Of a stretch of 64,000 nucleotides of DNA, positions 1 to 11,600 are shown piece after piece. The stretch's first letter is position 1, and every line of letters begins with the position of its first letter. The notes under the pieces were generated by a model. It saw nothing but the letters and a program-made list of their open reading frames with translations, was not told where the DNA came from and did no database searches. The translations under genes were made by a program, and so were the position numbers. Source of the stretch: Trichoplax adhaerens (Eukaryota > Animalia > Placozoa); NCBI RefSeq assembly GCF_000150275.1, contig NW_002060945.1:9068011-9132010 (forward strand). The letters are read 5' to 3'.

Positions 1-775
1 GCTACTCTTGTTCAAGTCGGAATCAGTAAACTATTGTATGGCTGGTACGAGGCAGACGCTTCGCTAACAGACATGTTTGCAATTCGAATCATCCATGATT
101 TTTAAAATGTGCTTTAATGAAGGACTTATTGGATAGAACCGTTGAGTTCTCTTGATTAGTCGCTAACGAAGGGGTGATAGACACAGATACACTCCGTCTA
201 GTCAGCTTCCTAATTTTGCCTTTCTACGAGATTGATCGTCTTTCAATACCGTCTAAGAAGGTCATACATCATGGTGTGTTCTAGCCGTGATTCCATATCA
301 TACTCCTATCTTACGAATAAGCAGCTGCTTATCGTAACAACTTTCTTCCATACATAGCAAGATATTTTTAATCCTTGTTAATATGACCACACGACCATTG
401 AATTTACTATGATTGTGTACCAGACATCTATAGGTATTTCACTAAAAGATTGTGTTGTCCAGTGGATCGATCAAATTGTATGGGTGGCAGAGATCTCAAT
501 GGCACTCTATTGAAAATTCTTCTACTTGAAACTTGCCCGATTATAACTTAGAATCAATATCTAGCTATGACCAGAGACTTCTCTTGAGAAGTCCCTGGTG
601 TATCCTAACGAAAGACCGTTGCTATTCGTTGGCCATGGATTGCTGTATGTGAGGCCATAATTGTGCTGTACAGACTAAATTAAATTTTATTACTATCAGT
701 CGTCGACATCTTAAATGATGTCGACAACCGTAAATACAAGTAGACGACTCTATGATACCATCCGCTTCATATAAA

Positions 776-836
776 ATAAAATAAAATGAATAGTGTGTAT
801 GCACAGTGTACATACGCACTATTCATTTTATTTTAT
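776..836. repeat. Near-perfect inverted repeat (29-bp arms, 3-nt loop)
   Basis: 776-804 ATAAAATAAAATGAATAGTGTGTATGCAC pairs with 808-836 GTACATACGCACTATTCATTTTATTTTAT; two non-Watson-Crick positions (one G:U, one C:A). Confidence 0.9.
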
Positions 837-1083
837 ATATCTTCTTGATTTCTTGTAACTGTAGTATTTATCACATAAGGCCGTTACTCTCTTCCATAAT
901 CCATGACCAAAACGGTCCATTTCAATTCGATCGTCAGTCACATGCTGTACTTACTATATTACGATAACTGTAACGATTACACACAGTACTGTACTATACA
1001 CTGAGTACTCTATGCAATCTAATGTACTCCACTATAATCAGATGTGATAATAACTTATCTGAGAATGCAGACAGTAAAGCGTA

Positions 1084-1730
1084 TTATTTGCCTCAATAAA
1101 GTCATGTATCTGTAAAACCAGAATGGTGTCTTCAATAAAGTAAAGTATCTGTAAAACCAGAACGGTGTATTTGTGACAAGAAAACATGACACTGTGTTTC
1201 AGTATACCGTACTGTAATCGATTTGGTTTTCGTGTCTTTTGGCACTGTCTTCTATTCTAATACACGACTTTCTACTTGCCTCAATAAAGTAAAGTATCAG
1301 TAAAACCAGAACGGTATCTTCAATAAAGTAAAGTATCAGTAAAACCAGAACGGTATCTTCAATAAAGTAAAGTATCTGTACAACCAAGACGGTGTCTTCA
1401 ATATAGTAAAGTATCTGTACAACCAAGACGGTGTCTTCAATAAAGTAAAGTATGTGTAAAACCAAAACGGTGTCTTCAATAAAGTAAAGTATGTGTAAAA
1501 GCAAAACGGTGTCTTCAATAAAGTAAAGTATCAGTAAAAGCAAAACGGTGTCTTTGTGACAAGAAAACATGACACTGTATTTCAGTATACTGTACTGCAA
1601 TCAATTTGGTTTTCCTGTCTTCTATTCTAATACACGACTTTCTATTTGCCTTAATAACGTAAAGTATATGTCCAACTAGAACGGTGTCTTTGTGACAAGA
1701 AAATATTACACTGTATTTCAGTCTACTGTA
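1084..1730. repeat. 39-bp minisatellite nested in a higher-order repeat
   Basis: Unit about CTTCAATAAAGTAAAGTATCTGTAAAACCAGAACGGTGT, about 7 consecutive copies at 1279-1551 plus flanking copies; the block TTGTGACAAGAAAACATGACACTGT recurs near 1171, 1554 and 1690. Confidence 0.95.
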
Positions 1731-2895
1731 TGTACAATATCTGAGTAATCCGGGTTATAATGGCTAGGCCTACTTTACAAGAATCGATTTGGTTTTTTGC
1801 TTATAGTGGACTGCCGCTGCTTTGCGGTAAAAATTGACCTCACGAATTACTCTTGGATGGACAGACATTTTCCGCTCCATCTTGTCAAAGTATCATGTCC
1901 AACATTTGCTGATGGACAGTACTTACTTATGCAGATGATCGCTTTAAATTGACTGATTTTTTCTAAATTAAGTAATATTACGGCCAATCTTATTATCTGT
2001 TAGTAAATTACGCTTGGAGACAATTGTACAAGATCGTCCATACTAACAAAACGAGTACCATGATTTTAGAAAAGAGCATGGAAGATGCATACTAAGTAGC
2101 CATTTTTCGGGCCGAAAGATGGCTCTCTTTGAGGGTGTAACATTATGATCTTATATAGAAGATGCCTAGTATAGTAATATCCTAATAGACGAATACTTAT
2201 CATATACCATTAAGTACTGCATTGCATTACATTCATAATATACGACATCATGACGACATATTGACGACATGCTATACATATAAAGACATTATCTCAATCC
2301 CATCTAAAACCTATAAATACCCTTGTACTGTACGCTAACTCGTTGGTCAGTTGCTATGTTCCTGCTATCTCCAATACCTTATTTATAACAACCAAATCAT
2401 TATTAGCTTATAACTTGTATCTCAATAAAATCCTTTATACCTTCTATCATCGTCTACCTTAAAATACTTTACGCTACTTCAAGAAGATATTATTACAGAG
2501 GGTATGATCAGTCCATGTCTTCTTCTAGTCGTTGACGACACTGTACAAGACAATACTGTTGTTGAGTCAACAGCTAACTCGCTAATTTACTGCGCAGTAC
2601 AGTAATTAGGAATTCAGTCTACTGTATGATATTGGCTTTGTAGTATACTCTATACTAGCCATTTTTTTCTATTTCTTATTTCCTTGGACGAGAAGAAGAC
2701 AATGAGGTCAATTCTTGGGGATATCGAGCGTAACATACTGTGTACAGTAGTATGAGCAATTGAATCGACACAGTCAGTCTACCGTACAGTACTACTGGAT
2801 TGCTCCTTTGCCCATTTTTCACTGATCCAATTAATTGCAAAATTTGAGACGAATTAGTAGTCTAGGTAGATTTATTTATTTTATTTTATCCCAAT

Positions 2896-5800
2896 ATGCC
2901 TAAATCTCAATTTAGTCTTATACCGCAGAGATTTCAATTACACGATGCACCCAATAAAGATGAATTTGGAGAGAAATTTTGGCCGTATCTTGTCATTGCA
3001 TCCCAACTGACTGGGATCTTAATTGTGGCGCTATTATTAATTTGGCTAATCAGTGATTTAGGCGGATTTGGTTGGGATGGCACTGCTGCTCAATTTAATG
3101 TTCATCCACTCTGTATGGTGCTTGGCATGATTTTCATTAATGGTGAAGGTAAGTTGGTTCATGATCAATTTTTTCCAGTCATGATTAATTAAGAATGATA
3201 AACAAAATGATCAAAATTTCACTTTTCCAATTTGCCTCTTGACAATCACAATCGTTTCATAAAATGCAGTAGACGTACTGTACAGTATAATACATCCATT
3301 CAATGCCCGTAAATTTGGCCCTACTTTTTCACTGTAAATGGCAGTCAAGCATTTTACAGCCATCAATACCTTTGATGGACGTTATGATTACAATTTTCTC
3401 TTTCAATAACTCAAGTCGACGTAGAAATCCGAGGCTGCACTGATCATTAACGGTCCATCAAATTTTTCACAATATTAAACAATGTTATCGATTAAATGGT
3501 AGTTTACTCAGTTTCGGAACAGATGTTTTTATATTTTTACTCATATTCTCTACAAGTACTGACCGGTGATATAATTTTCCACTGTGAAGTACTTATACCG
3601 GTATATACGCTTAAGCCAATAATATAATTTAATTTAGAGTTCTTGAAATGTGCATACAAAATATGAGTAAAGGGAATGATTTTAAAAAGTCTTGGTGTAG
3701 CTCTACAAGAACCGTTATTCTTTTGCATTGGATGAGAAAGATTAAGCAGTGATATGATATGAAAATAGACACGGTGTACAGTACTACGGAGACACTACAT
3801 GGTCATAACAGCCGATATATTCAGTACTGTAGTATATTAATACAGTAGAATAACGATAATTTTATTATCAAATTAACTGGCCTTCCATCAAGCAGTAATA
3901 CCTAGTCAATAACATCATTACAAAAAGATAGAATGACGGCGAAATAACTCTATTTTTCTTTTGCTCAATTAACGCACACAATTAGAGTTTCCGATACAGA
4001 CTACGTGTACACTGTACAGAACATTAGCCCTGACCATTTTCATACATACGAATACTGTGTATAGCAGTAGAATTGACAAATTTCACAACTTTCCCTTACA
4101 TTTGATTTACTAATGAGAAATTAAAATACCTTTTACTTCTGTAACTGATTTTATCTTGATTTCAATTCTGAGCCGGTTTCTGCTAGTGCTTCTGCCCTTG
4201 TTGTATCACGAATGACAAACAAATAGGACTGTTAAATGAATCGTAGGACAAAAAATTCTTTATCATTTAGTTATTCATTTCGAACGAGAACCTTGAATGA
4301 TCTTATCGTTTCTCGTAATGATTAAGATAGCAAGGATTACATATACCAGCGATTGATGGTTTGCATTAGAAATTTTATTAAGAGGATAAAATGACTCAAT
4401 ACTGCAGTAAAAATAATGAAAAACATCAAGTGTCGATTGCTCAAAGTCGCGACAACCCATTTACGTGGAATTTTAGCCAAATTTAATTAAATGCCTTGAA
4501 AACTTAAAGATCTAATTCTTAAGGGTTGAACAGTTTTCAACTTCTGTTAGTACTGTACTGTATAGGGGAGCTCACCACGCCCATGAAATAGTGGTCTATT
4601 TCACTTTCTCTGTGATATCCCAAGGACTACTGTAGAAGAAAATCGACTTCTTCTAGTAGTCCATGGATGTCCTCATATATCGAAAGAATTGGCTTTTAAA
4701 CCATATACACCAATGTAGTAAGACGTAATGTAGATTTATATGCTTTCGATATACCCAAACAGTATATGAGATCATAAGAGAAGAACGGCTCAAACGAAAA
4801 TCTAGCTACTCAATTTACACCCTTCTATAAAATGTACTACTTCAGTAAAGAACAGCAGTGATGAAGTACTGTTTTAGAAATACGTTCAGTCACATCAGAC
4901 TCGTTGCATGCTATTGTAGACAATAAGGAAGTCTGGACGGTATTACGTATTATACGTTGATAACTCTCCGTCATGAGCTATAGTACTTAATGAGATTTAT
5001 TATACCATATTAATTAATTATAGTTATCAACTATTTCGTGCAGTACTGTGTATCTAGTTTTTCCATTACCTTTTACACTACGAAGCGGCTGATTGGTAAT
5101 TATGGGAGTCAATCGGTACTCCGATTTTTCATCATGGAATGCTATCGTATTGTTATACGAATGTTATCGTGACTTGTGGGTTGATATGATACTTAAACGT
5201 CCGCCATAATAATTTTTGTTGCTGGTGTTGTCAGTAGAATAATCTAATTATAACATTTTTAAAATTGAATTCTTTTCTAATAGCTGCACTATCATATCGA
5301 ATCTTTCGAAATGACCGGAAAGTCGTCATCAAGGCTGTGCACGCAATTCTGCAAGCTATCACATTTATCTTAATAGTGATTGGCTTGGTTGCTGTTTGGC
5401 AATTTCATAACCACAATAAATTCAACAACATGTATAGCTTTCACAGCTGGTGTGGATTAATAACCGTCTTATTATTTAGCTTACAAGTAAGTAAAAATTT
5501 TACAATTTCTTGATTATCAATGTAGTGCATTTACAAATTCTGAGGATCCTTCATCTTTGGGAATACTATCCGTTATTACAATATAATCTATCCCTCTATC
5601 GTACGAAAACATATCACGTTTTGATGAACCATACCGTACACGAAATTTACTACGATGCTAAGATATTTTTAAAGATTAACTCTGTCCGTAATTTGCAACA
5701 CTTAATTAAATTGAAAATAACTTGTTTCATTCGGATCTCTTAGTTGACAATAGGAGCTGTTATGTTTATATTTCGTATAACTGGAGAAAGAATAAGAAGT

Positions 5801-6204
5801 TATTATCTTAAACTGCATGTCTACTTTGGTTGTGCAATCTTTGTTATGGCTATCGCTACTTGCCTGCTTGGGATTAACGAAAAACTCTTTCTCAAGTACT
5901 GAAATAAAATATGTAGTTATTGCTATTACTTTATCCACTTTGGCTACAGATAGTTTGGTTCTGCTACAATATTGTAATGACTAAGGGCTTTCTTCACGAT
6001 ACTAGGTATCCTCATTCGTATTCAAATCTGCCATCTGGTGCAGCAATGGGCAACTGTCTTGGCTTAGCAATTTTAACTTTTGGTCTCATAGTTATATACA
6101 TGCTATCCAGTCCGATCTATAAGAGAAAGCCTGAACCTGGAAACTACAGTTTATCTGCACTAGGAGGGGAAGAAAGTGAGGAAGATCCTATCAAAGATGG
6201 CTAG
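2896..6204 (+). CDS. Cytochrome b561 family transmembrane ascorbate-dependent reductase (CYB561/CYBRD1/CYB561A3-like), paralog A; exons 2896-3148, 5284-5486, 5744-5895, 6006-6204; 268 aa
   Basis: GT-AG introns give an 807-nt open frame. Family motifs FNVHPLCM, SYRIFR, KAVH, YSFHSWCG, LKLHVYFG, GINEKL; all four heme-ligand histidines are present; six hydrophobic segments. Confidence 0.93.
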
Positions 6205-7176
6205 CCAATTCCTTTAGACCATTATTCGAAATAATCAATTGATTGGCTGACTTACAACATAACATGATCAAAATATTACTCGATATCACTTGCTGAAAAT
6301 ATATATATACGTTTTATTTCGTTTCTTTATTTATAAAAAATAATTGTCTACAATTACACCAGTGACAGGTACAGTATAGGGGTTTAGTCATCAAGTACCT
6401 ACTAATTTATTGATATACTTTAATTCTTTAAACTATCTTATACCATACCTGATTTTATCATTGCCCTGATGATAGTCTCTTGTAGCACGTGGATAGTTAT
6501 AAAAAATTCGTTATTTCTAAAAAAGCATTACATGCTGCTTAGGTATCAAGGATTAATGTATATTGTCTTACGTCATTTTAATATCGATATAGAAATTAGA
6601 AATTACCATTCTACTGCGTGATCAGATTCTAGAAACTTAAGGATATGAACTGCAAGATAACAATATCTGTTATTAAAATAAACAATCACGCAATCCACAG
6701 ATGTGATGAGGTGCTTGAAAACTATCCAGACTAAAAGGCTAAGTGTTCTTTGATCCGTTGTTCGATTCAACCTATTACGACTAGCTTAGTTATGGTAATC
6801 CGTACGTTGCATATGATACACACACGATTTATACTCAGTTTGAATACTTATCCTAGTTACTGAAGCAAAGTCATGCATCACTAGGGAAAACCGGTACTGT
6901 ATTCTTCTAGTTGTCCAATGTTCATGCTACAGGACATACGGCTTCCGGTAGCATACTGTATCTGTATATTTAACACCCATATTATAAAACTAATAAGATT
7001 GATTTTCTCATTTCTCTTGAGTGATCCCTAAATTGTATAGGGGAGCCCTTATAAGATTGAATTGCAAAATTGTAGTAAATAAATTCATTACTTTCAGTGC
7101 CTGATCTTATATACTGTCCAGCTTCGAGTATGCGCAATACGTTCATGGAACGGGTACGGTGCTAGTTAAAGTCATC

Positions 7177-7212
7177 AATTTGTACTGTACACTGTACTGT
7201 ACAGTACAAATT
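7177..7212. repeat. Short palindrome built from TACTGTA/TACAGTA units
   Basis: AATTTGTACTGTACA-ctgtac-TGTACAGTACAAATT, perfect 15-bp arms. Confidence 0.85.
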
Positions 7213-9539
7213 ATAAGTATTACGTATGTATTATACTGTACTGAGCTACAGTATACAGGGAGTGTAGACTGTACTGAGCATTAATGGCCAGTCGAAGTGC
7301 AATAAAGGCTTTTTGAAGGCCATCTTTGCCCTCAAATCAACTTAATTTTTTAATATGTACAATTCAATTTCAGTTACTTCAGCACGGTCAAAAATTCCTT
7401 AAAATGCATAGAAAATAGAGAAAATGGAAAATTTCTGCAGTAAGACAGTAAACGACTTTATGACAGTAATTTAATTAGGTAAATGACAGCGTTTGATAAA
7501 ATTTTTATGATCAGTAAATAGATGAGCTGTACGGTGTACAGTAGACTACTTCTTGGATAATTTGTCAAGTAGAGATTAATAGCAATTACAGTATAGTGTA
7601 CAAGCGTACATTATTCCTTACTTATAAGAAATCTCTTATGGCTTTACCTGCATACATGTTATCCTTGGAGTACGAGATTCTGTAACATTAGCATTGCATC
7701 CGGCCCCTTTGGTATATTATTGGATGAATACGCGTACGCGTACAGTATGTCGACTTTTAACTCTTTGGATAAAACGTGAGCATGCTGTATACCGTATATA
7801 CTGTACACTATATATTACCAATTTGGGCCGTAATATATTATATATATATAACAGAACATATATCATAAATAAAATATAGACGCGTATATATATACTGTAT
7901 ATTCTCGATGCAAGCGTATCGTAGTTAGGAGAATCACTGCTATCAGATGAATCTCATTAAACGCTATATTTTAATACAGAAATGTCATAAAATGGATTAT
8001 ATGAACGACGAGTAGATATCTCCTATTGATCTAGCTAGTGACGCATGGACATGATCTAGGATTTAGGGTAGTCAAACGGGTATGAAATCGTATAAGCACA
8101 TGAATTGATGTTTGTAGCAATATCGATATATCGCTAATCATTCAAGGTGTAATGATGATAAGTATGCTATATTTAAGTTTCAAAAAGATGCTCCATTCCT
8201 CAAATCTCGTTAAGCAGGTCTAGAAGCTTACCTTAACTAGTATTTAAGGTTGATCACAACAATACAAAATCATGACTCAGATCATAGTGTTGACTTTGCT
8301 GTCAAATTTATGAACTTGGTAATAATAGTATACTATCGATATCGGTAGCTTAAACGTCAATTCTATTTAATATTAACTGCAGTGATCGTTGATACAGTAT
8401 TTGAACAGAAAACCATCAGAATCTGAAAAACTGATGCCACAAACTAGCTATTTATTAAATGTTCATCCTCTTCAACACCAAAGTTACCCATAAGGAAATG
8501 CTATTGATCAATAACTTTACTCTAATTTTACATACCTCCCTAACAGACAAAATTTTTTTAAACCCTATTTCACCTTTTAATATATAAAGTCAGTGTTTTG
8601 ATAAGGAATAACAAATGTAGCGAACGCTAAACTGATTGTATGACATTTTGAACAATAGATGCTTAAAATAATCGGTGAGAACTTGACAGATGGTCAGATC
8701 GGTGGAATAGTCACACCATCAAAATTATTCGCCTTGAATTAGTTTGCCAATGCCGATATTATAACGTTGACGATAGAAATAGTCCATTTTGATAAATTAT
8801 TGAGTTGTATGACATTAAAAGGATAGTCGAAATATTTCCCTGTATGGAAAGGAATTAATCTTACCAATACCCGTGGGATAAAGATAGAAATATTTGTGGT
8901 ATTTCAATGTACACAATATGAAGCTTGGGTCCCTATATAAATCGTTAGTATGCTCCTACACTTTAAATTTTGAAGCTATTAAATGCTGAACAATTATTCA
9001 AGTGAGTCGAATTCTTTTCTTGGATGGGGAGGAGCTGGTCTCTGTTGTACAGATGAACAATGTAATTGTACCAACAGTAACTTTCTTAAATCGAAGGTTT
9101 CGATATATTTTGTCAGAAAAAGTACAATTTTTTTCCCCTTCGATTGCTTACACAGATATCTAGTAGATTGATCACTAATCTGTTTACATGCTAGACTCGC
9201 ATTTAGCAATGCTAATTAGAGTCTGCAGATCATTATTTAATCAACTGTGCTTATAAATTAGCGGCTTCCTTTCAAAATCATAAACTATGCTGATTTAGTA
9301 AGCAAATAACTCCTACGAGTCATCCTTATTTTTGTTTGTTTACATATGACTAATATGAGTGTCTTTATCACGTGATGGGCTGGGTGAAAGCAAGAATAGT
9401 ATAAATCATGATGGCGGCCTTTAAACTGGTATCAAAGCAATTCTTTGTTTAATAAAAATTATTGTTTGATTCATATTCTGCTATCCAACGCTGTGATAGC
9501 ATCATAGTAACATTTTGTTTGCGTGTCATTAAGCAATTA

Positions 9540-10730
9540 GCAACAATGTTGACATAGTGATGTACCCTTATATCCTTCACGTCCATGTAACATGTCGCTG
9601 TTATGCCGGATAAATTTTATCTTGAGCTAATGTACTTTGGACATTTTTCAACTGCTTATCTGTTTAGTATTAATGAATACTGTATCCATGCCTGTTATGG
9701 CTAATAAATTCTGTCTTGTGCTAATGTACTTTAGATATTTTTTGATTACCTAATCCGTTTAGTTCCAGTGATATATCCTTATACTGTATTCTCTATGTTT
9801 ATCCAACACGTTGCTGTATTAAGCCTGACTAATTAATTTTATCTAGTGCATTTAATGTGCTTAGGACATTTTGACTACCCGTGTAAGCCCGTACCTAATC
9901 TGTTTAAAAATACTAGTGATATACCCTTATATCCTCACATTATCTAACATGCCTCTGCTATAAATTTTACCTTGAGATAATGTGCTTTGGACAATTCTTG
10001 ACTATCGGTACCTATTCTGTTTAATATTAGTGAAGTACTCTTATATCCTCTATGTCCATCCAACGTGTCCTGCTATGCCTCATAAATTTATTTTGTGCTA
10101 ATATGCTTAGGATATTTTTTGATTACAGATTCTATTTAATATCAGTGAAATACGCTTATATCCTCCATGTCTCTCCAACACTTCCCTGTTATGCCTTATA
10201 AATTTTATATTGAGCTAATGTGCTTTGAGCATTTTTGACTACCTAATCTGTTTAATACTAGTGATATACCCATATATCCTCCATGTCTATCCAATATGTC
10301 CCTGTTTTGCCTCTTAAATTTTACCTAAGCTATTTTATTTTGGACACTTTTGATAACCTAATCTGTTTAATATGAATGATATACCCTCATATCCTCTACG
10401 ACTATCAATACATCGCTATTATGCCTCATGAATTTTATCTTCAGTTAATCTACTTTGGACATTTTTGACTACCTAATCTGATTAATTTAGTAATATACCC
10501 TTATATTCTCTACGTCTATCTGACGTTTCACTGTCATGCCTCATAAATTTTATCTTACGGTAGCGTGATTTGAATATTTTTGACCATCTAATCTATTTAA
10601 TATTAGTGATATACCGGGTACCTTTACATCCTCGCATCAATCCAACACATTGCTATTATACCTGATAAATATTATCTTGTGCTAGTCTACTTTGAACATT
10701 TTTCGACTACCTAATCGGTTTAATATTAAT
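9540..10730. repeat. Degenerate tandem array, about 120-bp unit, about 10 copies
   Basis: Recurring ACCTAATCTGTTTAATA..AGTGATATACCCTTATATCCTC..TATCCAAC..TTATGCCTCATAAATTTTATCTTG.GCTAATGT.CTTTGGACATTTTTGACT at about 120-bp period. Confidence 0.92.
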
Positions 10731-11315
10731 ATTATGTGTTGAACTTGCATTGCCTTTACCCTAGTCATGGATAATTTGAGGTGTACGGATCCTGCGGGTA
10801 ACTTCACCAAGCCGGAGACGGTATATTAAATTGACCAAAGCAGTCCAATTCTATATAACTTCAATTCAAAAGTTGAAATGATATCAGTTATTATTATGTA
10901 ATGAAAAATTTCGCTAATTTAATACTTAAGAAGATCTTCAACTAGCTATCCCAAATCAATGCGGTGGATGCATCTAGATTGGATGATACTATTGAGAATT
11001 TTAGAAGCTCAGCATTCAGTGCACTATTCATATCTAAGAAATTACTGCATTACCTTCTACAGCCTAATATGCAAATTTAGATTTTAAATTTAAAATCGAT
11101 ACTGATTTATAGATATAGATCTAGATACTTGGTTAATACCGAGCAATCTTGAGCTAATATCTTCTCTGAATGCCTCCTACTTAAGTACATTCCATGTGGC
11201 TAGGATCAAAATAATATGATACACACGTAGCTCCATCACTTTCGAAGTAGTACAGACAGTATAAATAAATATTTTAATTGCTTGGCGTTATTATGCGAGA
11301 AAAGGTGAGAATCTA

Positions 11316-11600
11316 TACTCATCTGCAGTAAGTTTATAGACTTTGACCGGAAAGTGTACTTTAAGATGCTCTATTAATTCAAAATAAGCGAATAGAAGTG
11401 AAAGCAATTTACAATTATACATTAATAGCATTGACTTTAATTTATGCAATTATCATCCGAAAATAATAGGAATTTGTCTCATTTGAGCATTGCATACCGG
11501 AAAAATTGATTTCTATTTGATTTTAATTTTATATGGTAATGGCTCAACACAGCAATATTCAATCGTAACTTTTAGTAAATTATCTGAATGCAGATGAGTA
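11316..11600. mobile_element. Candidate non-autonomous TA-target DNA element (MITE-like), 285 bp
   Basis: TACTCATCTGCA at 11316-11327 and its exact reverse complement TGCAGATGAGTA at 11589-11600; the outer TA could be a target-site duplication; no internal ORF. Only one copy seen. Confidence 0.35.

Noticed and set aside
1199-1600. 133-aa repetitive hydrophobic ORF and CRISPR-like appearance
   Set aside because: It is a translation of a 39-bp minisatellite; there are no unique spacers or cas genes and the context is eukaryotic.
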